Shown here in pieces: positions 62,471 through 64,000 of a stretch of 64,000 bases of DNA. The position numbers and the translations under genes were made by a program. The notes below the pieces were generated by a model. The model worked only from the letters and a program-made list of their open reading frames with translations, searched no databases and was not told the origin of the DNA. The stretch's first letter is position 1. Every line of letters starts with the position of its first letter. Where the stretch lies: contig NC_083289.1 of the NCBI RefSeq assembly GCF_963506605.1, positions 7,502,001 through 7,566,000 on the forward strand. Direction: 5' to 3'. This DNA comes from Zootoca vivipara. Its lineage: Eukaryota.

Positions 62471-63300
62471 TAAGGGGAGCGTGTGAGAGGTTCTGGGATG
62501 CCAGTTGATCCACTTGATCCTGCCTGACCCGTAGAAGGCAGTTGATGGACCATGTGAAGCGATCCTTGCTGGCTTCTCCGTGGCATCAGTTGGACGGAGG
62601 AGCCATCATTGCTTCTTTATATGCAAGGACCAAAGAAAGCTCCTCACAACAGAACCCTGTGTGGAAGGCATCCTGCACATCCTTCAGCAGCCAGTGGTTT
62701 GGCAGTCCACCACGCCCCGAGTCAAAACAAGCAGTTGCTTCATGGCTGCCATCATCATAAAAGCACGATGCAGGTTGCCTCGTCAACTTCTCCAGAAGTT
62801 TCTTTCTTTCTCTGCCCACTTCTCCCAACTCCCTCATTCCTGTTGTTTGGCATCCAGGGAGCCCTTTAATCAGCCCCTCATCTTTCCAGGATGGACTCAG
62901 CCTCAAGGAGCTCACCTGGCAGGTCTCTGCTTTAAACGCTGCACTCAGCACCCTCGAGTCACAAAGAACAGGGAGACAAAGGCAGTTGAACATGTCCAGG
63001 ATTTTTTGCATTGTCCTGATCCGAGTGGCAGCCAGATAAATGGATAATGTAGTAAAGTCGGGGGGGGGGGCAATATAAAATCACATGGTACCCAACTGTG
63101 GATGTCCTGAAATGCATTGTGTAAACAACTTTTTAAAATTATTATTGAAACGTGTGTTTGTGTGTGTTTGTGTGTGTAGTGATTTTGCTGGGTGCCATCA
63201 CCACACCCACTACTTCTGTTGGGAAGTGCTCCTTGGTGGAGCCCTGGTGGGGTGAGGTGTGATACACACTTCTTTTTTAAACAACAACAACAAACAACCC

Positions 63301-63355
<55 letters not shown>

Positions 63356-63675
63356 TATTTATACCCCGCCCATCTGGCTGAATTTCCCCAGCCACTCTGG
63401 GCGGCTTCCAACAGAAAATAAAACACAATAATCTATTAAACATTAAAAGCCTCCCTGAACAGGGCTGCCTTCAGATGTCTTCTAAAAGTCTGGTACAGTA
63501 ATTGTTTTCCTCTTTGACATCTGTTGGGAGGGTGTTCCACAGGGCAGGCGCCACCACCGAGAAGGCCCTCTGCCTACTTCCCTGTAACTTGGCTTCTCAT
63601 AGTGAGGGAACCGCCAGAAGGCCCTCGGTGCTGGACCTCAGTGTCCAGGCAGAATGATGGAGGTGGAGACGCAAT
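63301..63675 (-). mobile_element. L2 LINE 3' end with (AAT)n tail
   Basis: It has the tail ggaagccgcccagagtggctgggg...gggcggggtataaat followed by an AAT-type microsatellite, and upstream RAFSVVAPALWNTLP coding. Confidence 0.8.
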
Positions 63676-64000
63676 GATAACCCATTGTTGTGTGCAAGTC
63701 TGGCATATTGAAAATCTTGTATCTCAACAATTAAAAAAACCTGGCCACACACTCAGGTAAGCAAATACCTGTTGACATGCCCAGGGTGGCCCTCGGGTTC
63801 CCAGAACATGGGGGGAGAGTTCTAATTGAGGGGAGGGGTCCCCAACCCACAGTGTAAAGGCAATGCCTGCTACTGGGGACCTGGAACACTGAGACCACTC
63901 AATGAAAAAAGTTCATTTGATAAGAGCTCAGTTGAAAGTGCTCGTGTGTGGATGAACATGCACAAAACCCCATATGGGGACCTCAGATCTTTGTGACCCA

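Noticed and set aside
1-64000. CRISPR arrays, operons or other prokaryotic systems; a second host gene upstream of UNC13C
   Set aside because: The sequence is a spliced vertebrate locus with no regularly spaced repeat-spacer array. No recognisable non-TE coding exons were found in 41000-64000.

Overview
This is vertebrate genomic DNA from a squamate reptile, most likely a lacertid lizard (inferred from the Sauria SINE, Bov-B, CR1 and Penelope repeat content). It carries the 5' part of one gene on the minus strand, UNC13C (Munc13-3, a presynaptic vesicle-priming factor). The gene parts present are a CpG-island promoter and non-coding exon 1 (donor at 40312), a giant 3.2-kb exon 2 (32751-29541, ATG at 32514), and small coding exons at 11562-11540, 10958-10897, 1572-1494 and 92-87 (a 6-nt microexon). 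All splice phases are compatible, and the gene continues beyond position 1. The rest is intron or upstream intergenic DNA densely filled with transposon relics: CR1, L2, L1, RTE, Bov-B, Rex1/Babar and Penelope-like retroelements, SINEs, hAT, Tc1/mariner and PIF MITEs, and one Helitron. The top observation is that residues ~240-417 of the Munc13-3 N-terminus look like a domesticated LINE ORF1p module (coiled coil, RRM and start of the CTD). Other highlights are minimal hammerhead ribozyme motifs in the Penelope-like remnants, a non-autonomous Helitron, a tRNA-Lys/CR1 chimeric SINE and a uORF-laden 5' leader. All family assignments come from recall and manual inspection; no searches were run.
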